62,920 nucleotides of DNA from Verrucomicrobiota bacterium (GTDB lineage Bacteria > Verrucomicrobiota > Kiritimatiellia > CAIQIC01 > JAGNIJ01): the NCBI GenBank assembly GCA_022704185.1, contig JAKJGV010000003.1:1-62920 (forward strand), in the 5' to 3' direction. Within the stretch, counting starts at the first letter, position 1. Every line of letters begins with the position of its first letter. The position numbers were made by a program, and so were the translations under genes. The notes beneath the pieces were generated by a model. The model was not told the origin of the DNA, did not search any database, and saw only the letters and a program-made list of their open reading frames with translations. Below, piece after piece: positions 9,221 to 18,345 of the stretch.

Positions 9221-11515
9221 TCAGCGACCCGCCGATTCGTCCACGAACGGTTTGCCCGCTTTGTACAACGAGAGACGATGACGGACTTCGTCGGCCTGGG
9301 CGGTCCATCCCGCAACGGTGGCCGCTTCAATCGCGCGTTCGGCGGTCCCGATCGCGCGCGCAAAATCGCCCGCTCGGGCGTACGCCGCGGCAAGCGTGTC
9401 GAGATAGATCGGGTGTTTGAACTCGGTCAGACGACACGCCTCGCGGGCCGCATCAAGGGCCTCATCGGACGATCTCAAGTCTTCATCTGGATGGGTCGCG
9501 AGCATCCATGCCAATGCATTGAGAACGGCCGGGTTTTCGGGCGCCAACTCCCGGGCTTTTCGCGCCGCGCGAACCGCGCCCCGTGCATCGCCCGCCTGGT
9601 AAAGCACGAGCGCAAGCTGGTAATGCGCAAACGCAAACGCGGGATTCAGCCGCACCGCGGACTCCAGGTGCGACCGGGCATCCTCCATGCGTTTGCCTTC
9701 CATGCGCAGCAGCGCGACCTGGTAATGCGCCTCCGCGGAATCGGGGTCCACGCGCAGCGCCTGCATTCCATGTTCTTCCGCTTCGGCCAGCCGGCCTTTC
9801 ATCCTCAGCACCCGGCACAGGTTGATGTGCGCATCCGGGTAGTCCGGCGCGTATTTCAAGGTCTCTCGAAAGGCATCGGCCGCCTCGTCCAGGCGCTCCT
9901 GCTGCCCCAGCGTGATTCCCAGCGCGTTATGCGCGGCCGGGTACGCCGGGCGGGACAGCACGGCCGAGCGGAACGCGCGTTCCGCCGCGCCCCAGTCTCC
10001 GCGCCGCTGGTGCGCGACACCCAAATGGTAGAAGGCTTCCGGGTAATTCGACCAAAGGGTGGATGCCTTCTCAAAGTGCTGCACCGCGCCGTCGAGGTCG
10101 CCGCGATTCATCAGCTCGATGCCGAGGTTGTTGTGCGCGCCGGCGTCCGCGGGCCACAAACGCAGCGCTTCGCGATAATGCTCGATGGCCTCTTCGCCGG
10201 CGCCGCGCGCGGAAAGTTCCTTCCCCAGGTTGACATGCGCCATCCATGCGGACGGATTACGTTCGAGGGTGTGCCGCCAGAGCGTCTCGCCGTCGCGGTA
10301 CATGCCCGACTGCCACCACGTCAGCACGGCGAACAGCAGCAGCAGGACTCCGGCGGCCACAATCGCCCATGTCCTTGACCCGACGAAACGGATCCAGCCT
10401 GCCGCGAAGAGCGACATCAGCGACGCGGCGGCAAGATACTGGAAATGGTCCGCGACGAAGGAGTATTGCATCGGATACGTGTTGATGAACCCCAGCGCCG
10501 GCACGAGCGTTCCGCAGAATACGAGCGCGGCCACGAGCGGTCCGCGACCGATACGCCGGCGAAACCGCCAGAGCAGGAAGAGCGCGCAGGCCGCACCGAC
10601 GGGGAACGCGTATTGCAGGAGCGCATCCGCGCGGATTTCCCAACGAGGGTAGATGAACGTGAGCGGCCGCGGCCAGAGAAACTTGCCCGCGTAGAACCAC
10701 AGGGCGCGGCCGGCGATCAGGACCCGCTCGAGTCCGGACAGATTCCAAGCCGCTCCGCGCGCGCCCACGTGTTCCAGCTCGCAATACACGGTGACGCCGG
10801 CCATCGCGAGGCCCGCGGCAAAGAACGGAACGAGTTTGAAGACCTCGTCCCACGACACGCGGCCGCGTTTCCACCAGAGCAGCAGCACCAGCACCGCCGG
10901 GAGAGAAACCGTCACCGACTTGCTCAACAGCGCCGCAATGAAAAACACCAGCGAGAGGAGGTACAAGGTGCGCGGGCGCAGACGGGACGGTTCGGAAGTC
11001 AGCTTGAAGAACGCGATGCCGTTCAGGAGGCTGAGCATATAGAAGAATCCGGAGAGCGTGTTCTTGCGTTCCGTGATCCACGCGACGGACTCCACCTGCA
11101 CCGGGTGCAGCGCGAAGATCGCGGCCGCGAGGAAGGCGCCGGGAACCTGCAACCGCCGCAGCACAAGCCACAGCAGGCAGGCGTTCAGCGCGTGCAGCAG
11201 AATATTTACCGCGTGATAGCCCGCCGGGTTGAGGCCCCACAGACGGTATTCAATCCAGAAGCTTGTGTGCGTCATCGGGTAGTACTGCGGGGTCGCCCGC
11301 AGGTCGAACCAGATGCTGCGCAAGCCGGAGGCGGTGTGCAGCGTCGCATTTTCGGTCACGTACGCATCGTCATCCCAGATATAACCGCCGCGCAGCGCGG
11401 GGATGTAGGATATGAGCGTCGCGGCGAAGATGGCGAGCAGCCCCGCGAGAAGCCACGGGTTGGCGCCGGGCTTTGCCGGATCGCGATTCACTTTCGGCTT
11501 CGGACTCTTGCTCAT
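9221..11515 (-). CDS. TMTC-like GT-C membrane protein with long C-terminal TPR array (paralogue of 7374-9167)
   Basis: YIWDDDAYVTENATLHTASGL loop motif, about 10 hydrophobic segments, then at least 8 TPR-like repeats (AHNNLG..., AFYHLG..., AHNALG..., AHINLC..., AHYQVA..., AHYQLA...). ATG 11515 (MSKSPKPK). Confidence 0.78.
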   Translation of the reverse strand: MSKSPKPKVNRDPAKPGANPWLLAGLLAIFAATLISYIPALRGGYIWDDDAYVTENATLHTASGLRSIWFDLRATPQYYPMTHTSFWIEYRLWGLNPAGYHAVNILLHALNACLLWLVLRRLQVPGAFLAAAIFALHPVQVESVAWITERKNTLSGFFYMLSLLNGIAFFKLTSEPSRLRPRTLYLLSLVFFIAALLSKSVTVSLPAVLVLLLWWKRGRVSWDEVFKLVPFFAAGLAMAGVTVYCELEHVGARGAAWNLSGLERVLIAGRALWFYAGKFLWPRPLTFIYPRWEIRADALLQYAFPVGAACALFLLWRFRRRIGRGPLVAALVFCGTLVPALGFINTYPMQYSFVADHFQYLAAASLMSLFAAGWIRFVGSRTWAIVAAGVLLLLFAVLTWWQSGMYRDGETLWRHTLERNPSAWMAHVNLGKELSARGAGEEAIEHYREALRLWPADAGAHNNLGIELMNRGDLDGAVQHFEKASTLWSNYPEAFYHLGVAHQRRGDWGAAERAFRSAVLSRPAYPAAHNALGITLGQQERLDEAADAFRETLKYAPDYPDAHINLCRVLRMKGRLAEAEEHGMQALRVDPDSAEAHYQVALLRMEGKRMEDARSHLESAVRLNPAFAFAHYQLALVLYQAGDARGAVRAARKARELAPENPAVLNALAWMLATHPDEDLRSSDEALDAAREACRLTEFKHPIYLDTLAAAYARAGDFARAIGTAERAIEAATVAGWTAQADEVRHRLSLYKAGKPFVDESAGR

Positions 11516-11704
11516 GGCGCACATCGAAACACAAGTGCCGGCCGTCAATCCAGCCCGTTAAGTAGCTGTTGAAGAACTCAACGCTGCGGCTCGACGGAGT
11601 CTCGCCCTCCATGATCCTGTATCGGCTGCTGGAGAGCGTCCCCGCGAGCCGATACGTCTAATCGTTTGGCCCGCGGCCACGCGAACGATGAATAGTTAAA
11701 TAAC

Positions 11705-11732
11705 GAAGGGCCGGTCGTGAGACCGGCCCTTC
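11705..11732 (-). terminator. Hairpin terminator downstream of PEP-CTERM gene 11757-12389
   Basis: GAAGGGCCGGTC-GTGA-GACCGGCCCTTC, a perfect 12-bp stem 25 nt after the stop, followed on the minus strand by GTTATTTAAC. Confidence 0.55.
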
Positions 11733-11756
11733 GAGGAATTCAACCGACGGAGCAAA

Positions 11757-12389
11757 TTACTTGCGAACGTTGCGGCGCAGCATGCAGGCCAGCAGCCCGC
11801 CCAGTCCGAGCAGCACGACGGCTGTCGGCTCCGGGATCACGTAGAAATTCGCGTTGTCCCAGAACACGGCCTGATTGCCCACGTTGTTGTTCGTGAAGCC
11901 GCCGCCGCCGATGATCGGCTTGATCATCGTGACGTTTGCGAGGTTGACGGTGGTGATCAGAGTGACCTGGTTCCAGACGCCCGCATTGCCGGTCAGGATC
12001 CCATACACATCCAACCTGTCCTGCCGCGTCCAAGTGGTGTTGCCGTCCTGCCAGAACTCGAGCAGGATCCAAGTCTCATCAATAGAGGACTCGAAATTGA
12101 CTTCCGCCAGACCCCAGATGCTGAACGAAAGCACATCGCTGCTGCCGAATGCCTGAACGACATCCTGCCCGAATCCGCCCCACGTGTCGTTACTCCACGA
12201 CCAGAAGGCCATTCCGTTCGTACCGGTCTGGGCAGCCCACGATTCCTGTCCGGTTTCGTTGTACTTCCACCAGTCATCCGGAGTTCCACCGCCGCCAGGC
12301 CCGACTTCAAAGCCCGGGTTGACCAACAGATTCGCCGACGCCACTCCCGCCAGCGCCATCACCGCCACCACCAACATCAACTTGCGCAT
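11757..12389 (-). CDS. PEP-CTERM sorting-domain secreted protein with CBM4/9-like domain (paralogue of 6486-7100)
   Basis: MRKLMLVVAVMALAGVASA signal peptide, NLLVNPGFE motif, C-terminal VIPEPTAVVLLGLGGLLACMLRRNVRK. ATG 12389 preceded by GGGAGGTAGTGTG (the ORF-track start 12392 is a GTG). Confidence 0.88.
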   Translation of the reverse strand: MRKLMLVVAVMALAGVASANLLVNPGFEVGPGGGGTPDDWWKYNETGQESWAAQTGTNGMAFWSWSNDTWGGFGQDVVQAFGSSDVLSFSIWGLAEVNFESSIDETWILLEFWQDGNTTWTRQDRLDVYGILTGNAGVWNQVTLITTVNLANVTMIKPIIGGGGFTNNNVGNQAVFWDNANFYVIPEPTAVVLLGLGGLLACMLRRNVRK

Positions 12390-12811
12390 CACACTACCTC
12401 CCTCTCTCTTCTTTACCGACGCAACACTTGGTACAACTTACACACATTTATTCGGGACGGCAACTGGAACTGCACTGCCGTTCTGAATCATGCTTTGATC
12501 TTGTATCTCATTAATCCCCACATGTCGTCAAGCGTGTAAGAGGAAGAAATGAATTGCGCTAAACCGGTTTTGTTTGTGAATTCTTGATAATGCGAACATC
12601 GCGCAGGGCCTTTTGAGAGATCGGTCCCACGCTCCGCGAAATCACGCAACAGGGATCTGGCAAATCAGGCTTCGCCGACTGCAGGCCCCAACTTCATCCC
12701 GCAGCCGGCCGTGCTCACTAACGCGAGTCTAACTTGTGCCTCATTCGTCCGTCGTCTATGCTGCATAGGCTGGTTAGCCGACTGAACCATCAAAACCGGA
12801 GGAATCAAATC

Positions 12812-13444
12812 ATGCACGTCTCGACTCGATGGCTTGTTGCGATGCTGTTGGCTCTGTCCACATCTTTGGCGACCGCACAAGTCGAAGAGGCCGTGGAGCC
12901 ACCCGCTTTGCCGTCCGAAGAACCACAACCCGAACCCAAGGAGAATCCCATGGTCGTCATCAAAACATCGCTCGGGGACATCAAGGCCGAGCTCTTCCAG
13001 GACAAGGCCCCGCTTACCGTGGCCAACTTCCTGCAGTACGCGAAAGACGGACACTACAACGGCACGATCTTCCACCGCATCATTGACAACTTCATGATTC
13101 AAGGAGGCGGCTTCACCAAGGACATGGCGCAGAAGCGTACGCGCGCGCCCGTCAAGAACGAGGCGGCCAACGGTCTGAAGAACGAGCGCGGCACGCTCGC
13201 CATGGCGCGCACCTCGGTCATAGACAGCGCCACGTCGCAGTTCTTCATTAATGTTAAGGATAACGACTTCCTGAACCACACAGCCCCCACCCCGCAGGGA
13301 TTCGGATACTGCGTGTTCGGCAAAGTGGTCGAAGGGATGGACGTGGTGGACAAGATCAAGTCCGTGCAGACCGGCAACCGCGGGCCGTTCCAGGACGTGC
13401 CGGTGGAGACCGTGGAGATCGTGGAGATCGTGAGCGCTGAGTAA
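12812..13444 (+). CDS. Peptidyl-prolyl cis-trans isomerase, cyclophilin type, secreted
   Basis: ATG 12812 after a GGAGG SD. Signal peptide [23 protein letters not shown]. Cyclophilin core: [22 protein letters not shown]...SATSQFFIN...[18 protein letters not shown]. Confidence 0.93.
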   Translation: MHVSTRWLVAMLLALSTSLATAQVEEAVEPPALPSEEPQPEPKENPMVVIKTSLGDIKAELFQDKAPLTVANFLQYAKDGHYNGTIFHRIIDNFMIQGGGFTKDMAQKRTRAPVKNEAANGLKNERGTLAMARTSVIDSATSQFFINVKDNDFLNHTAPTPQGFGYCVFGKVVEGMDVVDKIKSVQTGNRGPFQDVPVETVEIVEIVSAE

Positions 13445-13453
13445 CAAAGGGAA

Positions 13454-13609
13454 GAACCGCGAATTAACACTGATCAGAACAGTTACCACCCGCTCCTTTC
13501 AGTCGCTGGAGTACACGGAGGCGATTCTCTCTTCTCCTTCTTCTCCGTGATCTCCAGCGACCAACGGGAGCGGGTGGTCAACATCTTGGAACTTGTTAAT
13601 TCGCGGTTC
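13454..13609. repeat. MITE/REP-like 156-bp long-hairpin element with perfect 16-bp terminal inverted repeats (copy B)
   Basis: GAACCGCGAATTAACA (13454-13469) / TGTTAATTCGCGGTTC (13594-13609). Nested pairs: CCACCCGCTCC/GGAGCGGGTGG, TCGCTGGAG/CTCCAGCGA, CACGGAG/CTCCGTG. Confidence 0.7.
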
Positions 13610-13639
13610 ACAGTCCTGTTCCGGAATAGAGGATGATGC

Positions 13640-14626
13640 ATGGGTTCTGATTCAAAGAAATGCTGGGTTGGGTTTGATCTCGGCGGGACGAAGATGATGG
13701 CAACGATCTTCGATCCCTCCTTCAAGATACTCGCCTCCACGCGAAGCAAGACCAAGGCGCAAAACGGGTCCGACCAGGTCCTGGAGCGAATGGCGGAAGC
13801 GATTCGCGAGGCGCTGGCGGAAGCGGGAGTCAAGCCCGAGCAGCTCGGCGGCATCGGGGTCGGGTGTCCGGGCCCGCTGGATCTCGATCGCGGCGTCATT
13901 CTCACGGCGCCGAATCTCGGCTGGAAAAACGTGGCGATCAAGGACTCGCTGGAGAAGGCGTTCAAGTGCAGCACGGTGATCGCCAACGACGTGGACGCCG
14001 GCCTGTTCGGGGAATACCGGTTCGGCGCCGCGCAGAAGGCACGATGCGCGCTGGGGGTCTTTCCGGGCACGGGGATCGGCGGTGGATGCGTGTACGAGGG
14101 CCACCTGATCCGGGGCAAGGTGAGTTCGTGCATGGAGATCGGGCACATCATTGTTCAGCCCGGCGGCCGCCTGTGCGGTTGCGGGCAGCGCGGCTGTCTC
14201 GAAGCGGTGGCAAGCCGCCTGGCGATCGCCGCCGACGCGGCCATGGCCGCGCACCGGGGTGAAGCGCCCCACCTTCTCCAGGAGGCGGGCACGGACATTT
14301 CCGCCATCAAGAGCGGCGCGCTGGCGCGGGCCATCAAGGCCGGCGACAAGGCCGTGGAGAAGATCGTCCGCAGTGCGGCGCGCGCGCTGGGTGTGGCGAT
14401 CGCGGGCGTGGTCAACCTCCTGGCGCCGGATGTCGTCGTGCTCGGGGGCGGGCTGGTCGAGGCGATGCCGGATCTCTACGTGGACGAAGTGCGCAACGCC
14501 ATTGATGAAAACGCGATGAAGACGTTCGGCAAAGGGTTGAGGGTCGTGCCCGCGCAACTCGGGGACGACGCCACGGTCCGGGGGGCTGCCGCGCTGGCCG
14601 AGGAAGCTGCGGCAAGCGGGAAGTGA
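13640..14626 (+). CDS. ROK-family sugar kinase (glucokinase-like)
   Basis: VGFDLGGTKMMATIFD ATP motif. ROK Zn/Cys motif CMEIGHIIVQPGGRLCGCGQRGCLEAVAS. Confidence 0.88.
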   Translation: MGSDSKKCWVGFDLGGTKMMATIFDPSFKILASTRSKTKAQNGSDQVLERMAEAIREALAEAGVKPEQLGGIGVGCPGPLDLDRGVILTAPNLGWKNVAIKDSLEKAFKCSTVIANDVDAGLFGEYRFGAAQKARCALGVFPGTGIGGGCVYEGHLIRGKVSSCMEIGHIIVQPGGRLCGCGQRGCLEAVASRLAIAADAAMAAHRGEAPHLLQEAGTDISAIKSGALARAIKAGDKAVEKIVRSAARALGVAIAGVVNLLAPDVVVLGGGLVEAMPDLYVDEVRNAIDENAMKTFGKGLRVVPAQLGDDATVRGAAALAEEAAASGK

Positions 14627-14635
14627 GCGTGCATC

Positions 14636-16237
14636 ATGTCCGACACAGCGAAAGCAGCACCGGCCAAGACGTCGGTTAACGCATGGCTCGCCGCGGCCAT
14701 TGACATCGGCGCGACCGCCATCCGCATGGATATCGCCGAGATTTCGGCGGACGGCTCCATCCGCACCATCGAATCGCTGCGCCAGGGCGTGCCGCTCGGC
14801 AAGGACAGCTTCACGCAAGGATCGATCTCACAGGCCACGCTCCGCGAATGCGTCAAGGTGCTGAAAGGCTTCCGGCAGGTGCTGCAGGAATACGGCATCA
14901 CCGAGCCGGACCGGATCCGCGCGGTGGCGACCAGCTCCGTCCGCGAAGCGGAAAACCGCGACACGTTTCTCGATCGCGTCTACATCGCCACGGGCATCAA
15001 CGTGCGCGCCATTGACGAAGCGGAGGAGAGCCGGCTCACGTTCATGGCCGTGCAGAACCTGATCCGCACGGATCCCGGCCTGAAGGAGGGCGGAGCGCTC
15101 GTGGTGGACGTGGGCGGGGGCAGCACGGAGCTGTTGCTGCTCGAGCAGGGACACGTGACCTTCTCGAACTCCTACCGGCTCGGGTCTCTCCGCATGCGGC
15201 AGACGCTGGAAACCCATCGCGCCCCCACGGAACGGGTGCGCACGGTGCTCGGCCAGCACATCCAGCGGATGGTGGAGCAGATCGTGCGCAACGTGCCGGT
15301 GTCCGCCGTGTCCACGCTGGTCGCGATGTCGGGCGACGCGCGTTTCGCCGCCGCGCAACTGTGTCCCGAGGGGCAGGAAGGCCTGGCCACCCGCATCGAG
15401 TACAAGGCGCTTGTCGCGCTCGTCGAGAAGCTGCTGCCCCTCACGATCGAGCGGTTGGTCGGCAAGTATCACATCACCTACCAGGAGGCCGAAACCGTGG
15501 TCCCGGCGCTGCTGGTGGACGTGCATATCGCGCGCGCGTTCAAGGTGGAAAGCATCCTCGTCCCTCGCGCGAGCCTGCGCGACGGGCTGCTCCAGGAAAT
15601 GGCGCTGCGGGGCTACTGGACGCCCGCCTTCGCCGAACAGGTGATCTACTCGGCCCAAGCGCTGGGCGACAAGTACAACGCGGACCGGAAGCACACGCGC
15701 CACGTGGCCGACCTCTGCCTGCGCCTGTTCGACGCGATGAAGTCGGAGCACCAGCTCAGCGACCGCCACCGCGTGCTGCTCGAAATCGCCTCGCTGCTCC
15801 ACGAGATCGGCGGCTTCATCAGCTCCCGCAGCCACCACAAGCATTCCATGTACCTGATCCTGAACAGCGACCTTTTCGGACTGACGCGCGAAGACATGGC
15901 GATCGTGGCCCTCACCGCCCGCTACCATCGCCGGGCCGCGCCGAAGCCGACGCACGAGGAGTACATGGCGCTTTCACGCGACGACCGCATCGCCGTCTCG
16001 AAGATGGCCGCGCTCCTGCGCGTCGCGGACGCGCTGGACCGCAACCACGTCCAGCAGGTCACGGAGCTGACGTTCCAGAAGGAGGCGGACCGCTTCGTCA
16101 TCATCGTCGGCAACGTCGAGGACCTCACGATCGAGCGGCTGGCGATCAAGGAGAAGGGCGGGCTCTTCGAGGAGATGTACGGGCTTCCCATCGTGCTCCA
16201 GGAGGCGCGCGTTTCGGCGGAAGGGGGGCTCGCATGA
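14636..16237 (+). CDS. ppx: Exopolyphosphatase / Ppx-GppA family phosphatase with C-terminal HD-like domain
   Basis: AAIDIGATAIRMDIAEI and VVDVGGGSTELLL actin-like ATPase motifs. C-terminal LLHEIGGFISSRSHHKHSMYLI. Stop overlaps the ppk start (ATGA). Confidence 0.9.
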   Translation: MSDTAKAAPAKTSVNAWLAAAIDIGATAIRMDIAEISADGSIRTIESLRQGVPLGKDSFTQGSISQATLRECVKVLKGFRQVLQEYGITEPDRIRAVATSSVREAENRDTFLDRVYIATGINVRAIDEAEESRLTFMAVQNLIRTDPGLKEGGALVVDVGGGSTELLLLEQGHVTFSNSYRLGSLRMRQTLETHRAPTERVRTVLGQHIQRMVEQIVRNVPVSAVSTLVAMSGDARFAAAQLCPEGQEGLATRIEYKALVALVEKLLPLTIERLVGKYHITYQEAETVVPALLVDVHIARAFKVESILVPRASLRDGLLQEMALRGYWTPAFAEQVIYSAQALGDKYNADRKHTRHVADLCLRLFDAMKSEHQLSDRHRVLLEIASLLHEIGGFISSRSHHKHSMYLILNSDLFGLTREDMAIVALTARYHRRAAPKPTHEEYMALSRDDRIAVSKMAALLRVADALDRNHVQQVTELTFQKEADRFVIIVGNVEDLTIERLAIKEKGGLFEEMYGLPIVLQEARVSAEGGLA

Positions 16238-18345
16238 GCCCGGGGCCGGTGTTCATCAACCGCGAGCTGAGCTGGCTGGCGTTCAACCGCCGCGTGCTCG
16301 AGGAGGCGCTCGAAGTGCAGCTCCCGCTGCTGGAGCGGCTGAAGTTCCTCGCGATCACCGGTTCCAACATGGACGAGTTCTTCATGGTGCGCGTGGGCGG
16401 CCTGCAGCAGTTGCGCGCGCAGGCCGACGACAAGGTGGATGCGTCGGGACTCGTTCCGTCGAAGCAGCTGGCGGCGATCAGCCAGGCCGCCCACGAGATG
16501 GTCGCGGACCAGTACGCCTGCCTGTTGAGCGACATCGAGCCGAAACTCGCCGCCGAGGGCATCCGCCGGCTGAAGATCAGCGAGTTGACCCCGGACCAGG
16601 ACTCGTATGTCGAACGGTTGTTCGAACACGAGATCTATCCCCTCATCTCGCCGATGGCCGTGGACCTCGACGACCCCTTTCCCCTGCTGCCGGGGCTGGG
16701 GGTGAATCTCTGCATCCGCCTCAAAACGATCAAAGGCTCGGACATTCCCCGGTTCGCGGTGGTGGCCATCCCGAAGGGCCTGGCGCGGTTCGTCACCGTG
16801 CCCACGGAGGAGGGCTATCACTACCTGCTGCTGGAGGACATCATCACCGCGTTCATCAACCGCGCGTTCCCGGGCGAGCAGCTCGTGGAGACCGTTCCGT
16901 TCCGCATCACGCGGAACGCGGACATGAGCGTGCGCGAGGATATGGCGGGGGATTTGCTGGAGCAGATGAAAGAGGTGTTGACCGAGCGCCGGCAGAGCTC
17001 CTGCGTCCGCCTGGAAGTCTCCGCCTCCGCGTCGGACGTCCTGCGGAGCTTCCTCAAGACCGCGCTCGAATTGGAGGATGCGGACATCTACGCGGTGGGA
17101 GGGCCGATCGCGCTCTCGGCCTACCTTCGCCTGGCCGGCATGACCGGCTTCGAGAACCTGCGGCCCGAACCGTGGCCGCCGCAGCCTTCGCCCGCGCTGC
17201 GCCCGAACGAATCCATTTTCGAATCCATCGCGCGCGGCGACATCCTGCTCTATCACCCGTACGAGAGTTTCGACCCGGTGCTGCGCCTGATCGAGGAGGC
17301 GGCCGACGACCCCGACGTGCTCGCGATCAAGCAGATCCTCTATCGCACGAGCGACCACAGCCCGGTCGTCGCCGCGCTCGCGCGCGCCGCGGACCGCGAC
17401 AAGAACGTCACGGTGGTGGTGGAACTCAAGGCGCGCTTCGACGAGGCGCGGAACATCGAGTGGGCCACCGCGCTGGAGCACGCCGGCGTGCAGGTCATCT
17501 ACGGCATCCGCGGGCTCAAGACGCACGCGAAGATCTGCATCGTCGTCCGCCGCGAGCCGGCGGGCATCCGGCGGTACATCCATTTCGGAACGGGCAATTA
17601 CAACGAGAAGACCGCGCGGCTGTACAGCGACATCAGCTTCATGACCTGCAACGAGGATTTCGGCGCGGACGCCTCCGCGTTCTTCAACACGATCACGGGC
17701 TACTCGCAGCCTATCCGCTTCCGCAAGATCGAGGTCGCGCCCATCGGCCTGCGCGCGCGCATCCTGGAGCTGATCGAAAACGAGCGCGAGCGGTGCCGGC
17801 AGGGGCATGTCGCGCGGATTGACGTGAAGCTGAACTCGCTGGCCGACACCGAGATCATCCGCGCCCTGTACGCGGCGTCGCAGACGGGCGTGAAGATCCG
17901 CCTCAACGTGCGGGGCATCTGCTGCCTCCAGCCGGGGATCCCGGAGTTGAGCGAGAACATCACGGTGACCAGCATCGTGGACCGGTTCCTGGAACACAGC
18001 CGGATCATGTACTTTCACAACGGCGGCGACGCGCAGGTGTACATCTCCAGCGCCGATTGGATGTCCCGGAACCTGGACCGGCGCGTCGAACTGCTGGTGC
18101 CGGTGGAGGACCGGGCCTGCCGGGAGCGCCTGGTCCAGATTCTCGATGTGTGCTTCCGCGACAACGTGAAAGCCTGCGTCCTGGGTTCCGAAGGCCGTTA
18201 CGAGCGCCGCAAGGCGTCTTCGCCGGGGCGGGCCGTGCGCGGCCAGGAAGTGCTGTACCGGCAGGCGCGCACGGCGGCGCAGAGCGCCAAGCAGGACTCC
18301 CGCGCGACATTCGAGCCCCAGCGGCCTGCCGAGACCCCTCCGTGA
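16234..18345 (+). CDS. ppk: Polyphosphate kinase 1
   Basis: ATG 16234 gives MSPGPVFINRELSWLAFNRRVLEEA (canonical PPK1 N-terminus), 703 aa. Two PLD-like HKD regions (LKTHAKICIVVR, FLEHSRIMYF). Confidence 0.96.
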   Translation: MSPGPVFINRELSWLAFNRRVLEEALEVQLPLLERLKFLAITGSNMDEFFMVRVGGLQQLRAQADDKVDASGLVPSKQLAAISQAAHEMVADQYACLLSDIEPKLAAEGIRRLKISELTPDQDSYVERLFEHEIYPLISPMAVDLDDPFPLLPGLGVNLCIRLKTIKGSDIPRFAVVAIPKGLARFVTVPTEEGYHYLLLEDIITAFINRAFPGEQLVETVPFRITRNADMSVREDMAGDLLEQMKEVLTERRQSSCVRLEVSASASDVLRSFLKTALELEDADIYAVGGPIALSAYLRLAGMTGFENLRPEPWPPQPSPALRPNESIFESIARGDILLYHPYESFDPVLRLIEEAADDPDVLAIKQILYRTSDHSPVVAALARAADRDKNVTVVVELKARFDEARNIEWATALEHAGVQVIYGIRGLKTHAKICIVVRREPAGIRRYIHFGTGNYNEKTARLYSDISFMTCNEDFGADASAFFNTITGYSQPIRFRKIEVAPIGLRARILELIENERERCRQGHVARIDVKLNSLADTEIIRALYAASQTGVKIRLNVRGICCLQPGIPELSENITVTSIVDRFLEHSRIMYFHNGGDAQVYISSADWMSRNLDRRVELLVPVEDRACRERLVQILDVCFRDNVKACVLGSEGRYERRKASSPGRAVRGQEVLYRQARTAAQSAKQDSRATFEPQRPAETPP

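Noticed and set aside
12466-12480. Sigma-54-like -24/-12 element (minus strand CGGCAGTGCAGTTCC) upstream of the second PEP-CTERM gene. It was sought because PEP-CTERM loci are often PrsR/sigma-54 controlled.
   Set aside because: Four mismatches to TGGCACG-N4-TTGC, including the essential -12 GC (TTCC instead of TTGC). No comparable element exists upstream of the paralogue at 7100.
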